Assembly: GCA_013265495.1 (NCBI GenBank)
Contig: MU063554.1
Location: 8,964,574-9,028,573, forward strand
Length of the DNA: 64,000 bases
DNA from: Vicugna vicugna
Lineage: Eukaryota
Direction: 5' to 3'
The position numbers and the translations under genes were made by a program. This document shows, piece after piece, positions 1-13,387 of this stretch (position 1 is the first letter of the stretch; every line of letters begins with the position of its first letter). The notes under the pieces are model-generated. The model was not told where the DNA came from, made no database searches, and was given only the letters and a program-made list of their open reading frames with translations.

Positions 1-880
1 GGGATCAACTCTGACTCATCACCCTTCAGTCTGCACATTGTTGATTAGTTTGTTGTCTTCCTTTAGATTGTAAACTCCATGAAGACCAAAACCTTGTCTG
101 AGTAACCACTACGCTGGATATTTCCCTGAACAAAGTAGGGGACAGATAATGATTTGAGGGTTGCTGGTAAATGAAACTTAAGGTTGTCTTGCCATGCAGT
201 TCATAACTGAAGAAAAAGTCCCTAAGTTTATGAAAGGACTGGGAATGAAGGTTAAAGTGTAGCCCATGATTAGGGAAACCCAATAAAATAAATTAAACTT
301 ACATATGTCCTGACAAACTTATCAAAAAATGAAAACTAAGGTAATAAATAAGTTGCCTACAAATAAATAAAAAAATCATGTTACTTCAGACTCTTTTTCT
401 CCAATCCTATATGCACATAGAGTGTTATCCACAGGCTTTAAGAGGAAAATCACTGTGGCCTAAACTTGTGTGTAATGGGTAACGTTTTATTCCATGTAGG
501 AAGGCAGTAGAATGCCATCATCATCTATTTAAACACTCAGAAAAGGATGCCACTCACTCATCCTCTGGGGAAAAAGTGATGAAGAGGATCTCAAGTTTTC
601 TAAAAGATGAATCCAATTTGAGGTACCCAACAATCAAAACATTATGGCTGTTAAAAAATAAGATTAAGATAACTTTGTCAGTAGCTTCTGACCAGATTCT
701 GTTTTAATGCAGAAGTAGCCATGGGTCTTTCCTTATTCAGTGTAGATCCCCATATTAGTCATCTATTTCCAGTTAGATACTGTATCCTGAGGGTTAAGTC
801 TGGCCCTAAATCAGGAAATATACTTCCTGGAGTCCATTCCATCTTTCAACCTGTTTTTCTTGCAAAATTTGATGGGCCCT

Positions 881-1325
881 TGTATTAGTCAGCTGTGCTG
901 CAGTAACAAACAAGTCCTCCACCCCCACCCCTGGACCTCAGTGGGACAGAGTAGCAACAGAGGCTTATTTTTGTTCACTTGACTTATAAGGTTCTGCAGG
1001 TCCCCTCAGGTCTGCTTTGCATGTTTGCATGGTAGGCTCATTAGAGCTGCCCCTCCTGGGGATGGAAGGGAGAAAAGGACAAGAAGGCTGAGGAAAATCC
1101 ATCAGGATTGTCATGGCTTCTGTCTGGCTGTGGTGTAGATCATACCTGCTCATATGCCGTTGGCCAAAGTGAATTATAAGTTTACACTCTATGTCACTGT
1201 GGCAGAAAAGTGGATGTCTTGTTCAGGAAGGGACTGCAAGTTACATGACAATGGCTGAGGATGTTTGATTCTCTCTCTTAAAGGGAGGGGGAATAAATAA
1301 CTGAGAACCGTGGTTCAATTCACCA
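881..1325 (-). mobile_element. Ancient MaLR solo LTR (MLT1J/K/L-like)
   Basis: Starts TGTATTAGTCAGCTGTGCTGCAGTAACAAAC (reverse complement of the MLT1 3' end) and has an internal CATATGCCGTTGGCCAAAG block typical of antisense MLT1; recalled consensus. Confidence 0.7.
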
Positions 1326-1636
1326 TGCAAATTAGAGGGAAGATTGATTAGTAGGGTGGTGGTCTACATGCTAGGCATACTACTGAACTATTCAACCCCT
1401 CAAAAACTTTACAGTTTGACCCCAAATTACCCAAACTACTTCTGGGCCAGATTTGCTATGTCACCAAAATACCCCGTTCTGTTATCGGACTCTCTCCAAA
1501 AGCCAAGTTAGACCAAGCAAAATAATTTGTCAAATTTTATTGCCAGAGAATTTACTGGGTAACTTTCTGCTTCTTTAAATTTTACACTGAATGACAAGTT
1601 AATTTGAATGACTAATAAACTATCTAATGACAGATA

Positions 1637-1814
1637 TTACTACTTTAATCAAATCTAATTCATTATCAATCATTAGAAGTATCATTGTATCATGTACCAC
1701 TAAGAAAAAAAAGATGCCAATTAAACTAAAATATGCCATTAATTATAAGATACATCCCAATTTCAGAGATGTTAAAATGTGAAAAATATGTGTCTTAGAA
1801 TCAATAAAATATGG
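1637..1814 (-). mobile_element. MER104-like TcMar-Tc2 non-autonomous DNA transposon
   Basis: TGTACCACTAAGAAA...CCAATTAAACT...CATCCCAATTTCAGAGATGTTAAAATGTGAAAAATATGTGTCTTAGAATCAATAAAATATGG followed by TA; matches recalled MER104. Confidence 0.6.
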
Positions 1815-2334
1815 TATTTATTATTATATTTCCTCATTTCCAATCATGTTTCAAATAAGACCTATGAACCTTGTACTAACCATAATTTAAAATCAGCTTA
1901 TATACAATATGACATCAACAAGGTAAAAAATTGAAAGATAAGTCAGCATTAAAATACTCTAGAATATTCATAAGGATTGTTATATCTTGATATTAAGATT
2001 AACTGAATTTCAGTTTCTTTGTTACACTTTTCTGTAGTCTTCTTTTTTTAATAAAGTAGTGTAAACTGCATAATCATAAATATTTTTTGTATTAAAATAA
2101 TCACATATGATTTTATATATAATGGATGATAATTTTTTTTCAATAAAATGAAAAAGTAACAGGAAACACATCAAACATTAATGGTGCTTATTTCTGGTAA
2201 TAAACTAGCATTTTCTTCCTTCTATTTGTTTTCTCTTTTCTAAAAATTTTAAAAATAGGAAACAATCTTTTTTCCAGAAAAGCAGGCTATGCCCTCCAAC
2301 AGGGTCTTGTACATACGAGTTGTAAGTTAAAAAG

Positions 2335-2828
2335 TGAATTAACAGTTGCCTACCAAAGACTCATTCTCTCCTCCTTTCTTAAGACAATCCCATATTTATT
2401 CCAGGTGGCAAAGTGCCGAGCTGAGGGTTATTCCCCTGTCATCTTTCTTCTCCATGTGTGGCCATGAGAATAACTCCCACAAATGAGATGTAAGTGAAAA
2501 TAGTCTATGGTACTTCCAGTGAAGCCTGTTAAAAGCAAGGCAGATATCTCTTTTGTCTTCCTTTCCCCGTTTTGCCATAATGGCTGGATCTTCAACAGCC
2601 ATCTTGGGCCTTGAGTTAGCTTGAGAATGGGAGCCAATGCCAAGTAGTGCTGAAGCATACTGATAGAGTAGCCTGGGTATTTGTTGATGTGGGAGGTATC
2701 AGACCACCCTCAGACAGCTTATCTTTGGACCTCCTATACAAGAAGAAGAAATGAACCTCTAACTTATTTAAGCCTTTATTATTTCAATCTCTTTTATTCA
2801 CAGCTGGTGGAAATTCCTAACTCATACA
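2335..2828 (+). mobile_element. MLT1J-like MaLR solo LTR
   Basis: GTTGCCTACCA 5' motif, CAGCCATCTTG core, ends TCCTAACTCATACA. Confidence 0.75.
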
Positions 2829-4004
2829 TGGAACATAAATGAAGGCAGAGCTCAGAAGCCTTCTTATGCCTCTTCTTTCCATGTGTGATCATGAATGTGG
2901 ACAATGTTTTCCCTGATCAATTGAATTAAACAATTCTAAGATGACAAAGTTAGCTTAAACTCAGGCACGTTCTACATCAGTGTCTAGGACAGGAGGAAAT
3001 TCTGAAATATTTGTGCAATCAAGTGGACCTGGCTATGTAGGTGGAATGATCTCCATCACAAATGAGTGTTTTTGTTTTTCTCCAGCCATTTCCATTGCCC
3101 CCCACATGGGGTCAGGGTCTCTGACCTCTTACTGATCTCTTCCCATGTTGCCTTTTCCCTGAAGCCCTTGGTTAATTTTGTGCTCTAGTGACCAAGATGG
3201 GCATTTGTCACTTTCTTCAGAAAAGAATAAAAGCAGGTGAATTTGATGTTTTTAAACATCCTTAACTGAATCTTCCCTCATGTGACAGCCCACGGGAAAC
3301 TTTGATTGGGTATGTATGTATCTACAACTTGGAGATTTTCCACAAAAAACATGTGTGTGCTTCCATACTTTCATGGTAATAATCTTTGTTTCAGAATCCA
3401 GGAAATGAGATTTCAAGAAAAGAAAAAAAAAAGATATTCTGAAAGAACTTGAAGACTTCTTCCAAGAAATAATCTCCATCTGAGACCTTTGCCTTATTTA
3501 GGGAATTTATGGACAAATATCTGAAGGTAGGATAAATAATTTATTTAATCATTGTGCCTACAAAGTGAATTGGCCTGGACAGATTTCTAACACAAACAGA
3601 TCAACTTAGGTTTTTCTTATTGAATTTTATGGAACAAAGTTCTCTAACCTCTCATTCACCTTGTAAACTCTGTGGGCTTGATGACTAACTGAAGCATAAG
3701 ATTTAAATTATCCCAAGACCACAGCTATGGTCTTTGGAAAGCATGGGCCTCCGTTGATGTCACTCACTGGAATTCATGCTCAAGGGCAGCTTCCCACTGT
3801 CTTTAGGAGGCCAGGGAGGCCATCTGTGGGCATGCTCACTTGCTCCCTTATCTCTGCTCCTTAAGGTCCATATTTATTAACGTGTTGACTCAGGCGCCAC
3901 GTTCCTGAAAATCTTCCTATGTTTGTATATATTTCCCTTTGTATGAAATCATCTCCATCCCTTCTGTTCACTTATGGAACTCCTGCTCAGTCTTTAAGAT
4001 CCAG

Positions 4005-4105
4005 CCTCATTATACCATTTCAGGAAGGAGAAAATGGAGGTTCAGAGAAGTGGAATTATCTGCTTAAGACCATGGAAGTAGTGCTAGGGTCAGGATTTAA
4101 CTGAA
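4005..4105 (-). mobile_element. MIR SINE fragment
   Basis: ATACCATTTCAGGAAGGAGAAAATGGAGGTTCAGAGAAG resembles the antisense MIR core. Confidence 0.55.
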
Positions 4106-4227
4106 TGAATTTTGTGTTTAATATGCTTGTGTGTGGAAAGAGTGGCTGTATGCACCAATTGGATCACAGTATTATTCACTTATGGTGTGTGGCTATGTTT
4201 AAATTGCATTTAACTTTATTCTTCCAG

Positions 4228-5865
4228 TTTCTTAAGGTGGGAGATGAGGTCACTGATTGGAGACCTTTCCTTCTTTTCTAATACAGGCACTTTAGCAGCA
4301 TAAATTGCCCTCTGAGCATTGCTTTAGCTATGTCCCACCAAATTTGGTATGTTGTATTCTAATTTTCATTCAGTTCTAAAATCTTCTAATGTCTATTTTC
4401 TAATTACATTTTTGAATTCTTCTGATTTCTGTTTTTGATTCCTTCTGCTTGATGTTCATTGAGATTCTTGGATCTGTTTTCGTTAAATTTAAAAATTTTT
4501 AGTTGTTCATTTAAAAAATATTTTTCTACTCTCTCCATTTTCAAGGACTCCAGGTGCATGTATTTTAGGCCATTTGAAGTAAGTTGTCCCACGGGTTACT
4601 AATATTCTATTCAGTTTTTTCCCTCAGTCTTTTTTCTTTCTTCATTTCACTTTGATATTTCCTATTACTATATCTTCAAATTCACTAAACTTTTCTTCTG
4701 TGATATCTAACACACATACTTTTCATCCCAGGCCTTATGAGTTTTCATTTCTAGAAGTCTGATTTTGGTCTTTCTTATATGTCCCATATCTTAACATACT
4801 CATTCATTCCCCTAGTCATTGACTATATGAAACGTATTTAAATACAACAGTTATAGTGCTTGTTTTAATAGCTTTGTCTGCTAATTTTATCAACTTTAAT
4901 TTTTGAGTTTTAACTGACTGATTTTTTTAAAAAAATTTTTAGAGGGGGAGGTATTTGGTTTATTTATTTATTTTTGGAGAGGTACTGGGGATTGAACCCA
5001 GGGCCTTGTGCACACTAAGCTTGTGCTCTACCACTTGAGCTATACCCTCCCCCTCAACTGATTGATTTTTATCTTCATTATGACTCATATTTTCCTTCTT
5101 CCTTGAATACCTGGCAATTTTTATTTGATGCCAGAGACTATGAATTTTACTTGTTGAGTGATAGATAATTTATATTCCCATAAATATTATTAAGTGTTAT
5201 TCTGGTATGCAGTTAAGCTATTCGGAAACTGATTCTTCTGGATCTTGCTTTTAAGATTTATTAGATAATATCAGAGCAACATTTAGACTAGGTCAAAATT
5301 TGTGTTACTGCTAAGAAAATACCTTACTTGATGTCCCATAAGTTAATAGGCTTTCCACTCCTACTGACGGGAAACAGGAACTTTTCCCAGTCTTACATGA
5401 ACTCTGGGGATTATTTCCTCTGATCCTTTCAGGTGGTTCTTTCCCAGTCTTATATAGGTTCCTCACATGCATGTGCTGATCAGTCTTCAGTTGAAGAATT
5501 GAGGGGAGCCCACTACAGATCTCTGGATCCTCTCTCTGAGCTGCTCTCTCCTTCTGATACTATTGCCTTGGGAACTCTATCCCTCCTGGCCTCTCAGCAA
5601 TCTTCCCTCAACTCAGGGAGCCTGCCAAGCTCTGGTAGGCTTCTCCTCCCTTTGCTTTAAACTGGAAATGCTCTCTAAGCAACAAACCAGGATAATTTGG
5701 GCTCCATCTCATTTTTCCCTGTCACTCAGGAATCCCTGTCCTTCATTTCTGTGTGTCTAATTCTTGAGAATCCTCGCTTTATGTACTTCATTATTCTCTG
5801 TTATTTCTTTCAGTTATGACAGTGCATCTGGTCTCTGTTACTTCCTCTGGTCATAAGTCAAAGTT
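4228..5865 (-). mobile_element. Old L1M LINE fragment (ORF2 5' piece joined to ORF1/5' region), interrupted by a camelid SINE
   Basis: TTTTCTAATACAGGCACTTTAGCAGCATAAATTGCCCTCTGAGCATTGCTTTAGC is antisense L1 endonuclease-region sequence; 4500-5865 resembles antisense L1MC/MD 5' ends. Confidence 0.7.
4927..5053 (-). mobile_element. Camelid tRNA-derived SINE (vic-1-like), full length
   Basis: Minus strand GGGGGAGGGTATAGCTCAAGTGGTAGAGC (A box)...GGGTTCAATCCCC (B box), AAAT-rich tail; TSD AACTGA(C/T)TGATTTTT at 4912-4926 and 5056-5070. Confidence 0.9.
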
Positions 5866-6074
5866 GGGTTCACTTTTCTATTGTAAATATGACCCATCTG
5901 TTAGAATCTTTGAGAAGAGCCTGGAGATATTTGTGTTGATAAATAATCTTGATAGTCTTGTAAGAGTAGAGTCAATTATTTCCTTAGTTTAGGGAGCATG
6001 TCTCTTTGAACTAACTCCCTTCTTCTCCTTGCTCACAGTCCAGTAGACTAACTTCACAGCTCAAACTGCCTCTT

Positions 6075-6200
6075 CCAAGCTCCCTGATCTCAGACAAATT
6101 ACCTGAATTCCCTGACCTCAATATTTTAAAATCTTTAAAATGGGAACACTACTATCTACCTAATGGACTTCACATTGTTAAGTTAAATAGCATATAAAAA
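6075..6200 (+). mobile_element. MIR fragment
   Basis: GATCTCAGACAAATTACCTGAATTCCCTGACCTCA...TAAAATGGGAAC core similarity. Confidence 0.55.
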
Positions 6201-7584
6201 TATCTTTTTCATAGGAAATTTCTGAAAAAATTGTTGTATAATTAAAGATAATTAAAAGTCATACACTCTAAAATGTCAGGATTTGACATTGTGTCAGAGT
6301 CAATTGCAGTTATATATTTTACCTATCTATTTTAATTTGCATCAAGAATAGACTATAAAATGCTCTCCTTTGTGAAAATAATTCAAACTTAAACTTTTTT
6401 TCATTTTTTCTAATAAACACTATGCCCTTAACTACACAGAAAGAAAATATTTATCTGAAGTTAGATGTTTGTTGCAGTATGTTTCACACAAAGGGGATTG
6501 AAGTTCCTCTTACAGGAAAGAATAAAATCCTCAGTTAATTGAGCCCAGTAAGAGGGCATATTCACTGAGAAACCTGCTGAGATGGAAGGCTCATCACTGG
6601 CAGTCAGCTGTCCCTATAATTTCACTTGGGTCACATTGGGCTATGGGTACAGAGTTGCCCACATACCTCGGTCTGACGACCCCTTGTCACCTAGTCACTG
6701 GAGAGAGAGCATTAAAGAGGCAGCCAGGTGTAGTGTTCTCATATTCTGACACAGTCAACTTTGTATGAAGGAAGCTTCCCATGTGCTGGCATTGGTGTTT
6801 AAGCTTCTAGGGGCTTCCAGTGGCTTCCAGATGGTATTTCCAGTATGAAATACATCCATATAGTCCATTTCTACACATCTCATATTGTCCATTCTGTAAT
6901 GACCTGCAACAGAAGCCGAGATTATTTCTTTATGACAGTGGAATCTTAGGTGAAAGAAGAAGGATAAATTCCATATTTTTACATCTATTTTCTTTATAAT
7001 AAAAATGAAATCTTTTGAAAATCCTCACCATAGTAGACATACTTTGTGCCTCCCCAACTGCCCCTTACCTATAGAAGAGATATCTTAGAATCCATATTTA
7101 TAAACGGCTTCAGTGGGTTGGGACAGGGGTGAAGAGCTGACACAAGGTGGGCAATCAAATTTTGTGAAATTTATCAGTTATAGCTGACACTAGATTAGCT
7201 TCTAATAACAAAAACAAAGAGATATTTAAAAGTCCAGAGCTGTGATTTGGATATCTTCCACCAGGTGGATAATATACGCAGAAAAGCATATCTGCAGATA
7301 AAAGAGAAGGAGTTGAAGTGAACAAAGACAAGCAGAAATATGGCACAAAGAGTCCATTTTCTAAGCTTTCCAGATGCTATTCCATGCTTTGTCCAAGTAC
7401 TGGCTATATTCCCACCCTGAGGTTCTGGGAGGCATGAGTGTGTCCTTGAACTAAATACCAAAATTTTATTCCAGCTTATGTTGGTTTTCATGCTTGCAAA
7501 CAAAATTCCCAATCAATAAAACACAGTGGAGTGACACTAAGTAAAGAACACATGATCTTCACCTAAAGAGAGAGGCAGGACACC

Positions 7585-7775
7585 TGGAAATGACTGAGCA
7601 CCCAATGTGGGCCAACATTTCTATAATCAGATTTATTTAGTCCTAAAAGCAGCCCATAGATGGTAGACTTAGTTGGTCCATTTTAGAGAGGAATAAACTG
7701 AGGTTGTTAATTCAAGTAATTTGGTTAAGATCATAAAGTTAGTAGCAGATGCTGAAGCCAGGTCAGCTGACTAAT
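7585..7775 (-). mobile_element. MIR fragment
   Basis: CCATTTTAGAGAGGAATAAACTGAGG...AAGATCATAAAGTTAGTAGCAG. Confidence 0.6.
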
Positions 7776-8634
7776 TCCTTCAAGAATGACAGCGGTGATA
7801 TGTGTCATGTGGCTTCTGAAGTCCTTGACCACAAGTTGGATTTGGTTGATGGACAGATCATAGTAGCTTCCTCATCAAATCAACTTAAACAGGGCCTCGG
7901 GTGTCAACCAAAAGGAAAAAGATAAGGATAGGGACCAGCAGGGAAAATCTATTCCCTCCATGTATAATAAGCAATTAGGTGAGTTTTGTGTTAATTCAAT
8001 CAGAGAAGCAGAGGAATATTGCAACTCTTTGGATTAAAGTCTGAAATCAAATATTTTTTTTTACACGGTTGACCTTTGTCAGTTTCTTGTAAGAGGAACT
8101 GATGATGAGCCACTGAACTAGCAAATTAGCTTTGCAGAGCTGTTGACAGGGTCAGTAAGAAATGAAACCCATTTTAACAAAGATGTGCTCGTTTCTAAGG
8201 TGTATGACTCAGTTTGGGAGGCTTCAGCCATAGAGTTATTCAGAGGCACTTTGGTAGCAGACTCTGAAAAAGTGCAGATATTTTTACCTTGAGACATTTA
8301 ACTCTTCCCTTTTCCTCCTAGAACCAGTCAAGAGTGTGAAGCTAGCTTACCAAAATCTTCAGGAAGGCAGAGCTCTTTCTCAACTGTTTAAAACAGAACA
8401 GAAATGTGGGGCACCTAGTCTGCATCAGGCACTGTCACTGCCACGGTGTATTCACTCCTCACAACAGGAGCAGAAGCATTATGTCCAGTTTATAAGTAAA
8501 ACTGAACCAAAACAAAACAAAAACACAAAGATATGGGAAGGTTTTGCAACTTGCTGTAATCTGTTACCACGATACATTTTAAGATCACTGTGGAGGGTGC
8601 AGGGTGCAGAAATACGGTAAAGATTAGCTAGAAC

Positions 8635-9050
8635 ATAAGGAACCCTGTTCTTTACACCTCCCAGATACAAGATTCAGTGTATTTCTCAGACTCTTTTGAG
8701 GTAGGTGTGGTCATATGACTGAATTCTAGCCAATGGGTTATAGGCAGAAGTGATATGTAGCAATTATTTCCTGGTGTATGAAATACTCCTACAAGCAATT
8801 TTCCTTGCTCTTTCTTCTTTTAATGGCTTGATAGAGACAAACTCAACAATTTTGGAAGCTCAGCATTAAAGATGAGGGAGCCACAATATAGATGTTGTGT
8901 GGGTCCCTGAATCTCCACTTGGAGGAGAGCTAGTAATCTATTGGGAATATATATTTTGGACCTCAGAAGGCAAAAAATTAAATTTTGGTGCACTTGGATC
9001 ACCAAGACACTGAGGAATTTATTCCTCACACAACTAGTGTTAATTAGAAT
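8635..9050 (+). mobile_element. MLT1H/I/J-like solo LTR
   Basis: GGTCATATGACTGAATTCTAGCCAATGGG...GCAGAAGTGAT and GGGTCCCTGAAT blocks. Confidence 0.7.
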
Positions 9051-9122
9051 AAAGAGCTAAGGACCATAACAATGATGTGGGATTTGATGGAAGAAATTTT
9101 ACACTGAAGTATAGTCCTTCAA

Positions 9123-9462
9123 TGTGATGATTACTTCTGTGTATCAACTTGTCTGGACTATGGTGCCCATAGTCTAATATTGGTTAACTATTAGTCTAGA
9201 TGTTTAATAAAGGCATTTTTATATATGGCTAACATTTACAATCAGTTGATTTTAAGTAAAGAAGATTACTCTCCGAATTGTGGGTGGGCCTCATCCAATC
9301 AGTTGAAGATCTTAAGAACAAAGACCAAAGTTTCCCCTAGAGGAAGGAATTCTGCTTCTAGATTGCAACATAAAAATTCTGCCTGAACTTCCAGACTTTG
9401 GAATGAAGACTGCAACACCAGCTCTTAATCTCCAGCCTGCTGCCTTGCCACTACACGTTATA
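9123..9462 (+). mobile_element. MLT2 (ERVL) LTR, 3' part lost in N block
   Basis: TGTGATGATTACTTCTGTGTATCAACTTG start; GTAAAGAAGATTAC...GTGGGTGGGCCTCATCCAATCAGTTGAAG hallmark. Confidence 0.85.
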
Positions 9463-9627
9463 NNNNNNNNNNNNNNNNNNNNNNNNNNNNNNNNNNNNNN
9501 NNNNNNNNNNNNNNNNNNNNNNNNNNNNNNNNNNNNNNNNNNNNNNNNNNNNNNNNNNNNNNNNNNNNNNNNNNNNNNNNNNNNNNNNNNNNNNNNNNNN
9601 NNNNNNNNNNNNNNNNNNNNNNNNNNN
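9463..9627. other. N block (165 nt)
   Basis: Run of n. Confidence 1.
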
Positions 9628-9849
9628 CACCTGGTGGGGAATGGTGCTCACAGTGGCTGAAGGAGTGAGATGTTGCTGTTGACTGACATCCTCTTATTTC
9701 TGGATGATTTCAGGGAAGAGCAGAGAGAAGGAATCAGATGACCACAACACATTTAGAGAGCTTCTAGCTGAAGTCCCGGGACACTGGACTCTGGTGAGGG
9801 GCCTGTGCAGTACTTCAGGTACCAGGCATTGACTGTCTCCCCATGGGAA

Positions 9850-10175
9850 GGCTATTCTTTCCTGACCCGTTGACACCAGGCTTGGCCATTTGACCTGCTC
9901 TGACTAATGAAAGAAGATCAGAAGGGGTGTATGTCATGTCTGGGCAGAAGTTTTAAGAGTCAGCACAGGATTCCCTCTCTTTTTCTTCTGTCACGTGGCT
10001 GGCAGGAGATAGGGGCTGCCCCATCATCCTGGGTCCCAGAAACAAGACCCCTGGAGCAGAGTCACAGCCAAGCCTCTATGGATACGGTGCAAACAGACAT
10101 GAACCTCTGCATTGAAAGCTCATCAAAATTTGGCGATTTGTTATTCTAGCATGTTAATCTCTCCTGACTCATTTA
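9850..10175 (+). mobile_element. MLT1J/K-like LTR fragment
   Basis: CTTGGCCATTTGACCTGCTCTGACTAATGAA...GCAGAAGTTTTAAGAG...CCTGGGTCCCAG...ends CCTGACTCA. Confidence 0.7.
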
Positions 10176-10179
10176 AAAC

Positions 10180-10352
10180 TATAGAATTCCCCAATTCAAA
10201 TCCTAATCCCCTTCATTTCTTAGTTACGTGTCTTTGGATGGGTTATTTAGACTCTCTCTTGCTCAATTCTCTGCACTTATGAAGGGGAAAATAAAGTACT
10301 TATGGAAAGGGGTGGTAGTGAAGATTGAGTTGATTAACACATGTAAAGCTCT
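10180..10352 (+). mobile_element. MIR
   Basis: TTCAAATCCTAATCCC...GAAGATTGAGTTGATTAACACATGTAAAGCTCTTA. Confidence 0.6.
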
Positions 10353-12997
10353 TATTTGTCACAGGCACACAAAAGATAATTAATGCCTATGACATATGAT
10401 TATAACATGCTTTTAAAACCAGCCTCCACACAGTGACCAGGAAGCCATTACCACTGGCTTGCGCAATGTAAGAGTCATGCGCAATTCACAACACTATTCT
10501 GAAGTGCATCACCGGGTTCAGGGTGGGGTGAGGGAAATCTTTTCTATTAGTGCTAGAAAACATGTATTTTAGGTTTTCCACTCCTTAGTTGGACTTTGTC
10601 CCATGTTCTTTCTGTCTCTGCCTCTCTTACAGATCTTTAAACCTGTAAACACAATTCTTAGCTGGAAGGACATACAAAAACGGCTCTGGGCTGGATTCAG
10701 ATGCTGGGCATACTTTGCAAACCCCTGGTCTTATCAGTCCTATGCTGCCTCCCTCTTTTGATTTTCCTTATACGAGATCTCCATCTGACCTCTTTTCTGG
10801 AAAAAGCTAAAGACTCCCCTTGTCGCAGGTAAGCATTCACCCCATGCATACTTTGTGCAAGCATCCAGCTACTCAGCACAGTTTCCCTGAATGCTGACCA
10901 TGGGTCAACAGCTCCATTCTAAGCTGGCTTCACTTCAGCAACATGGAAAGTGATATATCTCCTCGGCCCGTGTCCCTCAGCAGTGATGTGGGCTCATTCG
11001 TTCCTACAGTAAGTACAGCTCATGGCACTGATTCTTGAAGGGAGAACAAATTCTCTGTTTATATGGACAAAATTTTTTTTTAAGATTTTTATCATACTTT
11101 TTATTTCTACTTACTTTTAAGCACAGCATATTAAGCAGAAACACTTACAAGAAATGAAATAAAGATGTGGCTACAGTGAAGAGATATAAAGAGATGAACC
11201 ATTTCTACAATTTCACGGGAATTAATATTGTCAAAATTAACACTGACATCAAGAAAGCAAAATACCTGTTATTGCTGACATATTTAAGCACATAGTAGAC
11301 AACAGAGTAATAGCTATATATGGAAGAAGAGTTACGGGGAACACGTGCTTATTTTTTAGTTCTTATTTGGCCTGAGGTTTCTTCACAATAGGTTTGTATT
11401 CCAGAAGGTAATAAATAGTCTTTTACTCAGCATTCTCCTATAGAAGATACACACTGAAACATAAGTGTGCCCAAAGATACACTTTTTTTGGTCCACTAAC
11501 CTGGAACATGATTTGGGGGCTTCTCTTAACCTTAATTTGTGATAGGCTAGATCCTGGAACACCTATACATCTATTGTTAAAACACCTATTGTTAAAACAT
11601 CACTCTGAGAAAAAAAATGTCAAGAACAGAGGACAAAAAAAGACCTTCAAGGTTTTTCCATCTATATATTGGTTACATCAACCATGATGACTATGCCTTC
11701 CTGATGCTATCATAACCACATAATTTGGACAAATATTGATGAGCCACATTGTGAAGTGACAAAGGACTTCTGGTGCGAAAGCTTAGCTTGGCTTTGTTGC
11801 TAGGAGGAATAGCATGTTGATGGCAAGGGTTCTGCTCTGTCCAGTGATGGTCGTCTGTGGTCCCAGAGGTTATGAATGCACCTGAGGAGGGTTGTCATGA
11901 GTGTTCAGATGAAACGCACACTTAAGGTCCCTTGTAGAAAATCCCACCGCAAGTTCATCTTCAAGGCTGGCCCCTCTTCCCAATACTTAGAGCAGGAATC
12001 CCAGCCTTCTGAGGTCCACTATGAGACACTAACCACAATAAGCAGGGGTATATATTTCCCTAGGAAAAGAATCTCAGGCTGCCCGGCATTGCTTCTCTGT
12101 AGGTACAACCCTACAATGGTTCACGCTGGCTGAATCCGACTATTTTGCAGTCTTTTCTAACAATGTTGTCCAACTCAGCTACTGCCTTTTCTAGTCCTTG
12201 GCATTGGCTTTATAATTCTGTTTGTCCATCTGTTATTCGTCCTTCTGGCATTGTTGCCTGCCCATTTATTTTTATATTTTTCTGGTTTGTTTTTCGTTTT
12301 CCCCAGCAATGTTGCAAAGCCAGTCTACTGCTTGATTTTTCTGTCTTTCTCCCCTAGTGAAGACATGCTGTGAGAAATCCTAGGGCTGGAGGGAAATACT
12401 AGGTCCTATTTCTTGGAGGATTTGTGCCGCACACGTCTGCGTGCACACTGGGGATACGGCTGCAGGCTTATGGAGGCACAGGAAGAAGGTTCTGTGTTTT
12501 CCTAGAGCAATTTTACATCCCAAGGAGTTGAAACTTCTTTATTTTAGTAAATATGTATCTATTGTAGAAAAGGTCAACACTTGGAGGGGGGGAGGTTATT
12601 TTTAAATAAACATGAGAACAACCTTGCTGAAAGCCTCTGAGTTTAGCGTCAAGTTCTCTCTCCCCTGCTGTTAGAGGGCTTTGGTGGAAAAATCTGAGAA
12701 ACACTGATTAAGCAATAAAGAATGGAGGTGGGGGGAGGGAAGGGCCGCCCCCTTCGTGCCACCTGTGCCCCAGCACGCACTGGGTATCCTGGTGCATCTT
12801 CTTATTTAATCTTCATAATACGTGAGGCCACAGCGATGTTTACCCCTTTACAAAATCAAGGTCGAAAGGGTCCAACTAAGGATAACAGTGATAATGTTAT
12901 TACCATTATATTGAGTAATTTTGCTGAGGCTACACCTGAGAAAGAGACCAAACTGCAAGCTGAGTGCAGTCCCTGAGAAGGAGACGTTCTTGCATGA

Positions 12998-13369
12998 TGC
13001 TATGGGCTGGATTGTGTCTCCCCCAAAATTCATGTTAACGTCCTAACCCCAAGTGCCTCAAAGTGTGACCCTTTTTGGAGACAGGTCTTCAAAGAGGTGA
13101 TTAAGTTAACCCGAGGCCACTAGGGTGGACCCTAATTCAGTATGACTGGTGTCTTATAAGAGGTTAGGACACAGACACATATTAGAAGATGATGTGAAGA
13201 TACAGAGAGACCATCTAGAAACCAAGGAGAGAGGTATCAGAAGAACAAAGCTTGCTGACACCTTGATCTTAGGCATCTAGCCTCTAGAGCTGTGAGAAGC
13301 TGATTTCTGCATTCTTCAACCCACCAAGCAGCAGTACCTTGTCACAAAAGCCCTAGAAAAACTGGTGCA
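12998..13369 (+). mobile_element. MLT1A/B-like complete solo LTR
   Basis: TG...CA termini (TGCTATGGGCTGGATTGTGTC ... GCCCTAGAAAAACTGGTGCA), GAGGTGATTAAGTTAA, GCTGACACCTTGATCTT; 5-bp TSD CATGA/CATGT. Confidence 0.9.
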
Positions 13370-13387
13370 CATGTTGGGGCTTTCTAT

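Noticed and set aside
4927-5053. tRNA gene (A and B boxes present; also 57579-57714)
   Set aside because: No cloverleaf or acceptor stem; the A-rich tail and target-site duplications identify SINEs.
7258-7268. CTCF-like CCACCAGGTGG (also ACACCAGGTGGCAA at 15155-15168 and 63328-63341)
   Set aside because: Each has mismatches at high-information positions, so they are much weaker than the 27885 site.
8070-8077. NBRE (AAAGGTCA on minus strand)
   Set aside because: An isolated 8-mer is expected about twice by chance in a window of this size.
11571-11599. 15-bp tandem duplication CTATTGTTAAAACA
   Set aside because: Simple slippage duplication with no supporting context.
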